A stretch of 48,347 nucleotides of DNA, counting the filler, from Dimargaris cristalligena (Eukaryota), in the NCBI GenBank assembly GCA_003614675.1. It is 2 parts of 2 records of this genome, joined end to end, with 100 filler letters (N's around TTAATTAATTAA, not from the genome) between each part and the next. Parts side by side here need not be neighbours in the genome. Positions count along the whole stretch, not along the records: positions 1 to 24,128 come from ML002594.1; 1 more part is not named here. One strand, 5' to 3'. The translations under genes and the position numbers were made by a program. Of the stretch, positions 9,147-22,264 are shown piece by piece. The stretch's first letter is position 1; every line of letters begins with the position of its first letter. Under the pieces are notes generated by a model. The model worked only from the letters and a program-made list of their open reading frames with translations, ran no database searches and was not told the DNA's origin.

Positions 9147-12131
9147 GTCGAGTACTCGTTGGAAATGAGGGCTAGTGGTAAGGAAGGGGTCGGGCTGGAG
9201 GGAGGGTAGGGAGTTGTTGAAAACGTAAGACGGGCTAGAAGGAAAATTCGGTCAGGCTGCGTAAAAGGAAGGGCCGGAGACGTAGCGGATGGGTCGAGAA
9301 AACTCGGGTCAAAGTGGAGCAGTTGAAGGATAAGAGCTATCGGCAACCTCCGTGTTGGGGAGAAGTATTCGACCGACGAGGTACACTGGTAACGAACGAA
9401 AGGCGGATAAAAAAGGAGCGCGAAGGGCAGGCGCGAGTCGCGTCTAGTTGGTAGACCTGTAATATAATAGGTAAGTTACACAAACGGATAAGAAGGAGGT
9501 GCCACTGGCGATATCTTCGGCTTTGACAGGCACTGGAGAAGGGGTGGGTAAAGTAGGTAGGTAAAGGTAGTGCTGTGTGCCCTTCTTAGCAGCATCTCTA
9601 TGCGCCCCTAGTTCGTCACCTCCTCCCTTGGATAACCTCCATAGTATTGCTGATGATTACAATACGTGGCGAAGACTATCTCCGCCTATTGCGACTGAGC
9701 TCATTCTCCGAAAAATAAACAACCCTCTACCGAGGAGTAAACAAACCCCATCCTCTATATGTTTATGGTTGGTTGTATTTTGAAAGAACGGTTCAGTCGT
9801 AGGGAGTGAGAATCGGGTGATTTTCGGCTACGAATGACTGTGTTGGGGATTAAGTAGGAGGCAGCCAGTGCACGTTTACCCCCTAGGATTTCCCCACTTT
9901 TATAAACGCTTGTACATTGTCCTGGTCACCCATAATATCCAGCCTGAATCACGGGGAGTGGTTGTCCTGAGGGCCTGCAAGTGTCCACACAGTGAGCAGT
10001 TTACTCTCAATACAGTAATGGCGCCTTTGGCCAAAGCCCAGTACTACGACACTCGTTAGTGAACACCCGGTCCATAGTCTACTGCACATTCAGTCACACC
10101 CTCGTCTTCAGACCAGGCTGCCGCTCCAGGTGGTACATAAATGAGCCCCACCGTCTTTTGACTCTTTTTCCCCCTCAATCGGAATCTTTCCCATCGCCTT
10201 CTGCCCCACTTCCTCCTACTATAACCCCCCCCTCCATCTTTCTAACCACCATTATTACAGGGGCCACTGACTGAGTCAGGTCGACGAAGTAAGCTTTCCA
10301 GTTTCGCTAAAAGAATTTAATACGACTGTCGGGTCACGAGGACAGTAATCAAATCGACCGACCTAATGATCTGATATACTTATTAGAGGTATTCTCATTC
10401 GGATGAGCTTTTCGAGAAAATATGGGAAATGAGATAGTTGAAGAATCCAGCACCAGAAGGGTGCTATTGGGAATCACTGTAGTACATTAATTCTATGACA
10501 ACAGCCCAATGGCCGAAGTTTTAATGCGAACTATGTCATCATCCGGGGTCGATGATTTGCATTTAGCACCCAGCCAAAGTAGTCGTACTAAACTGGGTCT
10601 CTGAACTTTAGTTATGCTGTCTAACATATCGTTTTCACCCCAACGGATGCGTCGAAATGAGCCAGCCTAGGGATTAGCTGGCCAGGGAAATGCTGCGGAA
10701 AAGAGCGCCGCATAAAACATTTGATACCGTCGATCATTTACGAATCGGGGATTCGGTACTAGCGCTTCAATAGATGCCGTGTATGAGCGCTTGGCCGGTG
10801 GTATAATTGCAGCCGTTTTCCAATTTATCGCATTGACATATATGTCTTAAAAACGAAACCTATTACAGGGTGCCTACACCGCCTTTGTTTATAGGATAAT
10901 AGTGCCCCCACGTATTTCATCGTCCAACTTCCGAACTCCCAAACTATTTTCGACTGAGTATACACGTCTGGAAGAGGGAATCCGCACCGGCTTTTTTTTA
11001 ACATAAAAATAGTACTTGAGGTCACAGGAAGCCCTGCCATTTCGGGTGCATTGGTTGCCGCCACCTATAGCCCAATTTCCAACACCCCCATTTCCTGACC
11101 TTCATTTGAGAACAATCCTTCAACTTTCCTCTAGTCCCTTCCGACGCTTAAAGGGATTCCGTAATCCTTAGCCTATAGCGAGTCCTCGAATGTAGGTGTT
11201 ATTGAAGTTGATGTACTCCTAGGTTAGATAGAAAGATTAAGCAATAATTAGCCAATGAAGACGAAGTTGCGAGAATGTATTTCAGTCGGGGGTTTCCAGA
11301 GGGCCGCGAAATCCACCATATCAACCCCCTCCCCTCAAGCAAGCACCCGTCCTATGGCAAGTCAATACAGTGGAATAGATATGGCGGCGCCGAGTACCGG
11401 CATATCAAGCGATTTAAACGTGGCCTTAATTAAAGAGGGCGGTAGTTGGTGTACCCACTGTGTAATCAAACGTGAAGGGAATGGTTGCTTTATCCACTAC
11501 TGCCCCAGCTTCATGATTCTTAACTACCATGGCCCAGGCCGGGTGCCACAGTATCAACCAAAGCCTTGAGTTTACGGTGGCAAGATGCCGGTGTGCCAAT
11601 GTCTACTCTCCACTAGCATTGGGAGCAGCCAGCCAACAACTGATTGATAATCGGATAAATAGGAAGGATTTGAATGGTATTCGCGAATACGAGAGGCACT
11701 TGCCAGCGGATGACAGGTCGAGGCGGTGGGGGGCTAACCCCGCACCTTTGTGCTTTGGTGGATATTCCAAAAGCCCCGTCTTCCAGGTTAATCCGTCCCG
11801 AGGATAGTATGAAGTGGACCTTTCCTCGGCTAGTTAAGCCGATCCCAGTCGGAAATCCTTCGCGGCTGCTGAAGCCGGTACCGCTAGTTCGACAAGTTCA
11901 CAAGGATGCAGTTGATTCAAGGAAGAGTGGTTACAGTGCTTTTTTTGTTTGCATATAAAGGGGGACCGGGGTCTCTCCTAGATGTCGAATAAAATACGCT
12001 TTGAACTAAGGTTTACCCATCCACTGGCTTTGCAAGTCTGCTGTTACCACCTATAATTTCCCACCTCCCACTTTTAAATATCCTTTCCCAGTCTCTCTGC
12101 TTCCACCTGCCCGGATCCTTCCTCCATTGCC

Positions 12132-13884
12132 ATGGCTGCCCCTACTCCCAACTTTGGTGAGCCCATTCCCGACCTAATCAACCAACCGTATGTAGTAAAC
12201 TCATTGAACCCCTCTTACCTCTTATGCGTATCCCTCTACCCCGGTTGATACAGTAGCTAATGATACCCTCTACCTTGCTCCATTTGCCCGGTTACACTTG
12301 CCTAGCCCCAAGGTGATTAAAGCCCGCCTCGAACACTTAGCCAACGCCTACCTTACCACCGTCGAGCCTACGGTTCCACAAAGTCATACTCGCCTGCTAC
12401 TCTTTCGTTACTTACGGGCCGGTGGCCTTCAACTGCAAGCCCCCACTCTCTCTAACCCTGAGGCCCGCAGACAGAAGAAAAGGCTCAGAGCGAAGCTGCA
12501 AAGACAGCGCAGGCAAGAGCGCGAGCGGCAGTTAGCCCTGAGTCGGGAGGATGCTGATGATAATAATGATGAAGTCGAGGTTGAGGCCGACCCACCCGTC
12601 CCGGCCTCGCCTGGGGTCGACGCGGTTCTATCCCCGGGTACCCCGCTGACGAACCCTACCGTCACGGACATCGAAGACCAATTTGATCAGTTTACTTTAA
12701 CGGAGCCCACCTGGTCGGCAGTGGAGGATTCTGAATTGGACGGCCCGCTTTTGCCCGCTATACCTACCGTTGGCCCCGCCAATATTACACTGGTGAGACT
12801 GGATTTGGAGCCCGTGGCAGGTTTTTGTCTCGACTTGGACGCGGAGAACCGCTCGGTCTCCTCCGAACCCTCGCCGCCGATCGAGCCTTACGCCATGTCG
12901 GTTCCCAAGCTATCGAGCGACGCCTTGATCATGCTCGACGACTACATCGCCAACTTTTCCGAGAAATGTTACACTTACAGTGATTTGGAGTCGAGTGATA
13001 ATGCTAGTGATAGCGAAGCTGAAGCTGAAGGCGAAGGCCAAGATAAAGACGGGGGAGAAGCCGCCAATGTGGACACCGACCTCGTGAATTTCACCGCGTT
13101 TTCCCGGTATTACTTTTCCCACCACTTGATCGAAGTGTATCCCATATTCGTGGCCGCTGATATGCGAACAGTCACCGAACAGGTACAGAACTATCTGGAG
13201 TTTCTACTCTCCTTGGACGAGTTTGCCCAATATCACCAGGATATTACTGAGGCCATTGGTGTGACGCACATGGCGGCGAAGGAATTGCCGGCTATTACCG
13301 CTATAGTATATGGGCTGCCCGACCAAATCAACCGGGCCAAGTTCGTGAGATTCTACCAGGTCTCGGCCGGGGAGACTGAATTGGACGATTTCGTACCGGG
13401 CTTCCAGCTCCCGGGCTACCCCAAACCCAGTGTAGCCCAATCCCTTACCGAGAAGATTCCCCCGACGGTAGAGCGAACTGGACAGTCGTATCAGCAGTGG
13501 GTCGTCCTGGCCGTGGATGGTGAAAGCGGCCGCGTGCGCTTAGGTCGGTGGACCGGGTATTGTCCCGAAGGGGGTCAATACTGGGCGCCCGAACACTTCC
13601 CCGTAGCCCAGCGACAGGCTGAGGCCACTTTGAACCATTACTTAGCCCAGTTTGGGTTTGCTCCCGCCCACCTGGAGGGTCTGGACCTCCAAGGCCCAGC
13701 CGAAACCGTGATCGAGTTCGATCCGGAGATGGCGCAGCGTATGTACCCCGGCCTGATCCTGGGCGGGGAATTCCAACAGCTATCGGACGGGTCGCATTTT
13801 GTGGACCATATCAACTTTATTTTTCCGTCGTATTACCTGGAGATTCCCGAGCTGGCGGAGCGTGAACGAGCCCGGATGATGTAA
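12132..13884 (+). CDS. arb1: Argonaute siRNA chaperone (ARC) subunit Arb1-like protein, 2 exons, ~544 aa
   Basis: Exon 1 12132-12187 (MAAPTPNFGEPIPDLINQ, GTATGT donor) splices in frame to exon 2 at 12306. Motifs FRYLRAGG, VQNYLEFLL...QYHQDITEA.....AAKELP......LPDQINRA and C-terminal PGLILGGEFQQLSDGSHFVDHINFIFPSYY resemble the Arb1 family. Confidence 0.75.
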
Positions 13885-15098
13885 ACCGTATAAGCGGAGT
13901 TTGAAATGGGGGTCATTTTGCTGCTGCAACCTCCTATCCCTTCCCCCCTTCCTCTTACCATATAAAGTGATTGCAATTCGACAGCATTACTATATTCGTG
14001 TTTTACCGCGTCACTTAGGCCGGGTGTCTTTATAAATGTACCTCTATAAACCAATGCATTCGGATATGTAGCCGAGCCGGGCTGGTTGGTTGGTTGGTTC
14101 TTGATATTAGTCGAGTGATGTTGGTCCTTCAACCATAATGATTAATACAAGCCACTTTAATAACATGGGCTCTGATGGGTTGAATTCCCAAGGGGAATTG
14201 CTTGGAGTGACCACTGCAGTGTCAATGAAAGAGTACTGCTTTATGAAGTATGTCCAGAGAGGCCACTGACAAGTCCAAAAATAGGGGAGGGGCTTACCAG
14301 GAGTAGGAGGGGTAGGTTTATCCATTGTCTTTGGCGTATTAATAATTGATCATTATACACCTCAACTGACTGCTACTATTGAGTGGACTTGTCCAATCAC
14401 GCCGAAATGGGTTGTTTCTCATCTCCCTGGCAATACCACCAGTAAAGATGCGGTGCCCTGTTTGGGCGAGACTTCACGCCTATAGCCAAGGTGATCTTTT
14501 ATTTCAACTTAGTGGATGTGTCGGGTGACCAGCGTTGCGTATCCCTTATTATTACTACTATAACCACTTGCTGAATTTATCCCCTTCATAGCCCTGAAAC
14601 GGGGTTTGCCCTCCATTTCCCTCCGGCTTTCTGTTTTATTTTCGTTAAACTAGCCTCATCTCCCTGGTGCCGTAGTCTCTGTGTCATTCGCCATTTGCGT
14701 CCAAGAACCGGCCCCACTCTTGCCTTTTCCTTTATGATACCATTCCGTTTCAGGCTTCCATGTCCGCTGGCCCATTCCTCTTCTCTAACCACTTTCCCTC
14801 GCTTATAAACAACTTCCAATCCTTGAAGCCATAGAGGCTCCATACCGAGTGGCTGGGGTGCATATAGCCTTTATGCGTCATTTCCCCACACCGCCCTCGG
14901 CACCGTTATCCTGCGTCCCTGGATATTATTAACCACCGCGTACTATTTTGAGTCCCTCCCTCTCTCTCTTCCTTTTTGCCTCGCAATCGTCTTTTTTTTC
15001 CTTACTCGTCGTGTATATTATTCCGTATTCGTTTCCCGCCCTCTCCATTTATATATTTCCCGGGGTCTACTGTCCTCCCGAGACTGTACCGTAGCTCA

Positions 15099-18000
15099 AT
15101 GGCGTCGTTTTTGTCCTTCCCACGCTGGGCCGTGCCCGCATCTCTTCAAAAGCGACTGGTCACATTCCTCCTCAAACGGGCCATTGGTCAGTTTCTTCTG
15201 GAGGACCTTGAGCTCGATGAGCATTTGGATATCCAGCTCGGCGATGGTCGAGTGGTTCTGCGCAACGTACACCTCAATACCACTGTAAGTAACTGATAAA
15301 CCAGGTCCATTTCCTGATCATTTTCTATTGTAACCCAATGTTATCAGTCTAGACCAAATGACTGTATCAGTTGATCGATTAAAAAATATATAATTGAATG
15401 AAAGGAAGGATTTCCTTGGCTAACGAACAGGTGATTTATTGGTTGTCTCCGCCGCCCTGAGGGGTATGATATATCCCTTGGTTGAGGGAGTTTTATCTAT
15501 CACAATTTCAAACCACCCGGTAATTCACACTGATTAATACTGACCTTGAAATTTTAACTCCTCTTCACAACCCTCTGGGCCAATCCGATGCTTATCCATC
15601 TTCCATTCTCCCCCACTTACTTCTAGGTCTTCAATGAGCTATTCCAGGCTCTACCCGTTCGGGTGCAGGGTGGTATTATCGGTACCATCAGCGTGCATAT
15701 CCCTTGGTCTAATCTATGGTCGGGCAATTGCGAATTGCAGCTTAGCGATATCGACATGTCCCTGCTAGTAGAAGAGCCCAAGGGTGTTCCCACCACCTCG
15801 GCTACCCCATCCTCCCCGACGTCGTCCGCCGATTCTGGTCCGCATATCATGTCGTCATCATTACACTTTGCTGATGATTTTCTGCGCAAGGCCAACGACC
15901 GGGGTGAGGATACTGATCAACTCGTCGAGTCCATGGTATCCTCTTACTTGGGCGACCAGGCCCATAAAAAACCCCGGGGAGTCCGCCGTGCCAGTACCGT
16001 ACCAAAGCCCCCATCACCCACCGAGTCGTCAGTGTATGGACTCAAAATAATCACCGAAATGATCGATAAGATCATCTCGCGCGTTAACCTACGTTTCATC
16101 AACATTCGGACTAACGTAACGTGTCGACACCCACCAAATGAAGACGGTACCTCGGCCGACCGTCGATTAGAGGTGATTTTGCCCCAGCTGGACTACGAGG
16201 ACCGCATCGAATCCCCGGTGGAGGACCCCGATACGGAGCAACAGGCAACCCAGTGGTTTCGAAAAATTGTGCGTTTTTCGGGCCTATGCGTTAAAGCGGT
16301 AGAAACACCCGGTTCGCCCAGCAGCGATACAGAGTCCGAGTCAGACCGAAGTGGGCCCACTTCCCCTTCGTTATCCACCCCGACCCCCAATTCGTCCTCC
16401 GGGGAGTTCCGAAGTCACACCTTATTTACCCTTATGGATGACCGTAACGTCATTCACATTGATTTTGAGCGGCTATTACCTTTCCATGCCCCGGCCATGC
16501 CCGGCAGTCCGCCCAACGCCTGGTGTACCCTGAACCGCCCCCTGGAGTGGCGGATGACTTGTATCATTAGCCAGATGTTGGCCGTCATATCCCCTGTCCA
16601 GGTTCAATTTCTCCAGGAGTTCGGCGCCGCCCTAAGCGCCTCGCTACAGCGTACCACATCGACCGCCCTTTCCCCAAACTCATCAAACTCTTCGTCGCCG
16701 TCGCGACCCACTCGGGGGCCATGGTCCAGGAATGATTCATTTACCAACTCTGCCATTTTCCATTCGGCATACGAAGAATTGCCGGTTGATACCGCTACCC
16801 AGCACTCCTTTTTTAACCCAGCTACTCGTGATAAGTCACCGTTACGGCGACAGGACACATTCAACTCCCTTCACCATCTGGCGACGGTGGAATCGCCCGA
16901 TACCCATTTCCACCTTAGTTTAGACATTGACCGTATCCACTGTGTAATATTGCGGGACAACCAATGGTGGAATCCGTCAACTTCACACCCAATCCAACCT
17001 TCGGGATTGCCCGACGACCTCAATCAGCAGCCCGCCTTTAGAGTGGACTTGGGTGCGGCCCATCTAAGCTTAACTGTGAAACCGGACAAGGGGGCCCATA
17101 TTACGGCGGCGGGTATACCATCTCAAATCCAGTTAGACTATCAGTTGACTTTGAGTCATTTGGATATTCTATTGGCCTATCTCCGCGAGGGTGACGCACT
17201 GGATCCGGTCTTCACTTACGAGAATACGGACCAGGGCGCTGTCCGGATTGTCGGCCAGTTTGACCGGTGTAAGGGCACAGTAACTGCAGTCCATCTACCT
17301 CCCCTGGCCGTCGATATCACCCCCGATTTAATTGACCGCTTATGCCATGCCCTGCGGCCCTACCGTCTCCCCCCCGAGCCTGCTCCCGTGCCAGCCCCTA
17401 TTACCAATAACGCGCCGCTTAATCACCCCGGCTCTTCCTATTCGGCTGACCGATTATTGCAGGACCTCACCCTGGAAACCGAGCCTCTTCCGTCTAGTCA
17501 ACCGGCACTCATTCGATTGGTTTGCCCTCGGCTATCCGTGGTTGCCCACGCCCCTGGTCGCACACTGTCGTCCAGCGGGTCATTTTCGTACATCCAACTG
17601 GATCTCGAAGAGGTTGAAGTAAGCAATCGGTGCTCGGACTGGCGGGTAGTGCATCCTCAGTACGGGAACCTTTTGGGTGACCCTGTATTTCAACCATTAT
17701 CCCGAATTCAGTGCGGACAAATAATTCTGCAGTCCGATATTGGTAGCTCGCCACTGCTGGACCAACCCAGGCGTCCCGGGGAAAGCAACTGTTTTGAAAT
17801 ATTCCGCCAACTGGGAAAACTTCGTGATCCCCCGTCTCCTTCAACGACACAACCGCCCCCGTTTAGTTTCTTTGACCAAATGGAACTTCATGTGGAGGAA
17901 CGGGTTGAGCGCTCGGTTGAAAATGGTTTTGCAGACGCTGAAAGCTACAAACGCCAGATGATGAAGGAGTCGGAGTGGGTCATCTGTGCCCAGCTGGCAG

Positions 18001-21000
18001 GGACCACACTGAACTATGCGCCCGAAGTGCTGCCTCGGCTGCAGATGTTTGCCCGTACTTGGTCAGAGTGGGCCCAAGGCTACCAGACCGCAGCACCACC
18101 CGTGACAACCATGACGAATACTTTGGATCACGCACCGGTCGAAGAGGCGCCATCCCCAGCTGTGGCATTTCTTGTATTCAATCGACAAATCGATCTACAC
18201 ATCAGAGCCCCAAATATTAAGGCAGCCGTGGGAACATCTCCCAAAAGCGGGGCCACCCTCGATTATACCATATCCTTGAAGGGCGGAGATGTATTTTTCC
18301 ACTGCTCAACAGCCCCATCCCCCGCCTATATTAGTGCCAACGTTGGGGAACTTACTGTGCGCAAGGACCGTACTTCTACCGACCCTGGGATCACCATTTT
18401 TGCGCCCGAGGCGGGATCTGAGAGTGTCCGACGCTCACCGCTGCTGGCCTGCCATCTAATTAGCCCCAGCCCAACTGAGCCCACCGCCGCGCCTCGAATA
18501 GTTGTCGTACTGAACTGGGTGGCCTGGCATATTGGGGTGAACTTTGACTGGATGGATCATCTGACTGCCGCATTCAACTCGCCCTCTGCAATTGACAATG
18601 TACAAGCCAGCGACCCCCCGCTGCCGGGAACAGATACACAACCCCCGGCCTCCGCTTCAGCTCCAATTTGCATATCAATCCACAATTCGGCTCTGCACTA
18701 TTCGCTGGTCAGTATTCCCCACGCCGTGGCTCTAACCGCCGGATTACTGCAAATCACGCTAACCCCAGCCCCCGATGACCCTGGACCCTACCATACCATG
18801 TGTCTTATCCGCGATTTGGCCGTGGTGCAGCGGGAAAACCTACCGTCCGACCTTAGCACACACTCTACTTCAGAAGCGGGAGAATTCCACCGGAGTAGTG
18901 CCCAGCCTACTGGAGATACTCGTGATCTGGTTGTGGAAATGGACTCCCACCAAGTACTTAAGCGACGGGGATACATGTCCTTGGGGTCGATAACGGAACT
19001 GGAGACCGTAATTCGTCCTGTAGCGAAGGCGATTTCAACTGGCGGGGACGATACACCCTCTTCCATCCGGCCCTTCATTCTCGAAGTAGATGTTGATACA
19101 GTGGTAATTGAGACCTGCAGTGATTCACTGGCCACCCTGAAGGATGTCGCCAAGGACCTGGGGGAGCGATTCCGATCGTCGGATAGCCCTGCTGTAGTTA
19201 TTCACCGTCCCTCTCCCATAGTGCATTACGATGTCCTCCAGGATGCGCTTATTGACGAAAGGGTAGCTACAGAGTCGGAGATGGACGAGAGTGATTCCCC
19301 ACCACTTTCAGAGATCTCTCCGCGGCCTGGTTCCCCGACAAGCCCGGCTTCTATTGCGTGCCCCGAAGTAGCACTCGACCTTATTGACGAGTATTATTCA
19401 GAGGAAAGTGAGGTAGAGCAACCCGACTGGGATATTGAATGGGTTGACCGTAGTGAGATAGACGAGAACCAGGTTATGTTTATCGCCAACTACAGCGCAC
19501 CGGGCGAACATCGCCACGGGCATCGGCGCCGACGATCATCGAACATGACAAATCCTCACCCTGGTCCCACCAAGAGTAAAGCGCCCGATTACCTTGTATC
19601 CACCGATCCTACCCGTGATGAATTTGTTGAACCGGTTAACCCGTCGGCCGACCTGATGCTACAGTCCCAATACTTTGCTGCTCCGGCTGAAAATGCTGAA
19701 AGTTCTTCGAGCACTAGTGGTGCTGACGGTCCTGAACGTTTGGTCAGTCGAATTCGACTCGAGTGTAAGCGTATTGAGTGGAATCTCCATGATGGTTTAG
19801 ACTGGGCGATGGCCTCACCAAGTGCCGGAACCAGGACAACTAGCTCCACCAGTGGTTTCCCGGCCCCTCCCAAAACTAGTCGATCCACTGAGCCCCTGCT
19901 AGCATTTGTCCTTACGGGCTTTAGCACCACCATTTCCACATTTTCCGAAGACTCTCTGATTGCCAGTCGCTTCTGCTGTACCGTTCGGGATGCTGAAATT
20001 TTAGATCACTGCCCGACCTCCGGGTGGCGCAAATTTATGGCGTATCTCAAGTCCGGGTCGCACCGCCAACCCCGGGAGAGCGACTCCAATATGTTCGACA
20101 TTCGCGTTGCGCTAGCGCGGCCGGACCCTACTAATTCTGACTTTCTCGAATTCCGCTTACACCTATCGATTCTCCCTCTGCGGTTCTACATTGACCAGGA
20201 CACGCTGGGGTTTCTGCTCGGTTACTTTATGGCGGTGGCTGACCAACTTAAAGCCAACGAGGATACGCCGGCAACAAAGTCCGCTGATCCACCGTATATC
20301 CAGTTCTGCCAAATTGATCCGATTACGCTTAAGGTGGATTACAAACCCAAGCAACTGGGTTTCGATCAAATACGGGACCGAGCTGCCCCTCTCGTCGGTC
20401 TGGTCAACCTGTTCCCCCTGCAAGACGCCAAAATGACCCTTAAGGGCACACAAGTGACTGGTATCAAGGGCTGGGACCGACTCGGAGCAGCCCTGGTGGC
20501 GGATTGGATTCCCCATATTACCCATACCCAGATACCGGGGATGGTTACTGGTGTGTCACCCATCCGTTCGGCCATCAATTTAGGAACGGGAGTGGTCGAT
20601 TTACTCGTATTGCCTATCGAGCAGTACAAGAAAGACGGGCGTGTTGTCAAAGGGTTGCAAAATGGAGCCCGTTCCTTTAATCGTACCACCGCTTCGGAGG
20701 CCATCAAGATCGGCACCAAATTTACGTCCACTGCGCAGAGCTTATTAGAGAAGGCGGGCGACATGATCACCACGACTGGATCGGACCCAGCTCAGACTCA
20801 CCGGGACCAGGAAGAACTGGATGATGACATGATCTACGATGACCGAGATGGAGAGATCTTTGTGCTTGACCAACCACCGCCTCCTTCGCATACGGGTCAC
20901 GGCGACCATGGCGACCACCAGGTCACCCGCCCCAGCCGGTTCGCTGACCAACCTCAGAATCTTCAGGAGGGTATGCAGCAGGCCTACCGGACCTTGGCCA

Positions 21001-21477
21001 AGAACTTTAATGAAGCGGCCCAAACCATTCTGGCCATTCCGGCCGAGGTATACGAGAAATCGGGACAGGATTCGGTACAGACCGTACTTAAAGCAGTCCC
21101 CATTGCAATCCTTAAACCCATGATTGGAACCTCGGAGGCCCTATCGAAAACGCTCCTGGGCCTTCGTAACACTTTGGATCCGTCCCAACTGCAGCAAATG
21201 GAGGATGTAAGTTTAATTTTATATATAATTAGAAGTCTTTGGGTGGACTACAAGGCACTTGGGTATTTTTCTGGCGATAGAATCGCAAGGATTGTTTATA
21301 GGGGAGTTGCCAACTCAGTGAGGTTTTGAAGCCGGAAGCCCTGCACATTTCTGTGAGTACTCAAATATTTAAGATGTATGGAGTCCATAATTATTTTCTA
21401 ACGCATAGATTTATATTATACTTATCTAATGTCGACATTTCCCTATAATACCACAGAAATACAAGTCCAACCGATAG
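15099..21477 (+). CDS. ATG2: Autophagy lipid-transfer protein Atg2, 3 exons
   Basis: Exons 15099-15284, 15627-21206 and 21457-21477 (KYKSNR*). N-terminal chorein motif LQKRLVTFLLKRAIGQFL; ATG2 C-terminal motifs LPLRFYIDQDTL, KVDYKPK, DGRVVKGLQNGARSF and AVPIAILKPMIGTSEALSKTLLGLRN. Confidence 0.96.
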
Positions 21478-21781
21478 CTTACCCCGTCCGGATTGGCTGT
21501 ACCTCTGTCCCGAATTGCAACTATGAAATTGACTTATCCATAACATTATACTTCAAAATAGATCGCCCTGATTATTAAAGAAGAATGAAAAGGCTGTTTT
21601 AGTGGCATTACTGAAGATATAAAAAAATAAGTATACACGTAGTAGGCTATTAAGGGTAAAATGGGGTATGGTTTTAGGACAGTGGTTTTGAGGTGTATAC
21701 CCGAACCAAGGGGGAGCGTAATATTTGCAATCCCTGGTGGAGTACTAGAGGTTTAGATTATTGGGCTATATTAGGCCAGTG

Positions 21782-22264
21782 TTAACCCGACCATCCTTGA
21801 ATATCACGTACGTTAGGATCCTTGTATAATTCAAGCTGTCGTTTCCCGCGCCGAAGTAGATACTCGATGGCATCAAAGTCCCGGGGTCCAACTTCAGCTT
21901 TACGAAATTCGTGCCGAATGAATAACTTAAAACGGGTCTGCGCAGGCTGTAGAGTGGGTTGGTCGGTAGAGGCAGCGATATTAAGGTGTGAAAAATAAAT
22001 AATGTACAAGCGATACTATGGCGGTTAATGGGGTTGGTCAATGAGGGAGTTCCACATCTGTGGGGTGAAAAGGGGACTCCATTATTGAGATGGGCACCAC
22101 AGAAATGAGAGGAGAAGGCATTGAGCGATCCCAGGTTGTGAAACGGTAACCACCTGAATGGGGACGAATCCTAATCAACAACGAACCTTTGGTTTACTCC
22201 GAACAGCCCGAAAGCAGTCCCGGTAGAGGTGTAAAATGTCAATTTGAACCCCCGAGCGCCGCAT
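21782..22264 (-). CDS. SDH6: Succinate dehydrogenase assembly factor 1 (LYR-motif protein), 2 exons, 80 aa
   Basis: Exons 22264-22187 (MRRSGVQIDILHLYRDCFRAVRSKPK) and 21946-21782 (..FIRHEFRK...RDFDAIEYLLRRGKRQL). LYR motif plus the SDHAF1-typical DF..IE.LLR.G. Confidence 0.92.

Noticed and set aside
10548..10606. Possible C/D-box snoRNA (GATGATT...CTGA)
   Set aside because: Box C is imperfect, there is no convincing terminal stem, and no rRNA-complementary guide was recognised.
12078..12087. ATATCCTTT resembling a U12 (AT-AC) intron donor upstream of arb1
   Set aside because: No matching TCCTTAAC branch site or acceptor nearby; all reconstructed introns are ordinary U2 GT-AG.
21207..21329. 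C-terminal extension VSLILYIIRSLW... of the 1888-aa ORF
   Set aside because: Read-through into an intron (GTAAGT donor at 21207); the real end is the KYKSNR* exon at 21457-21477.
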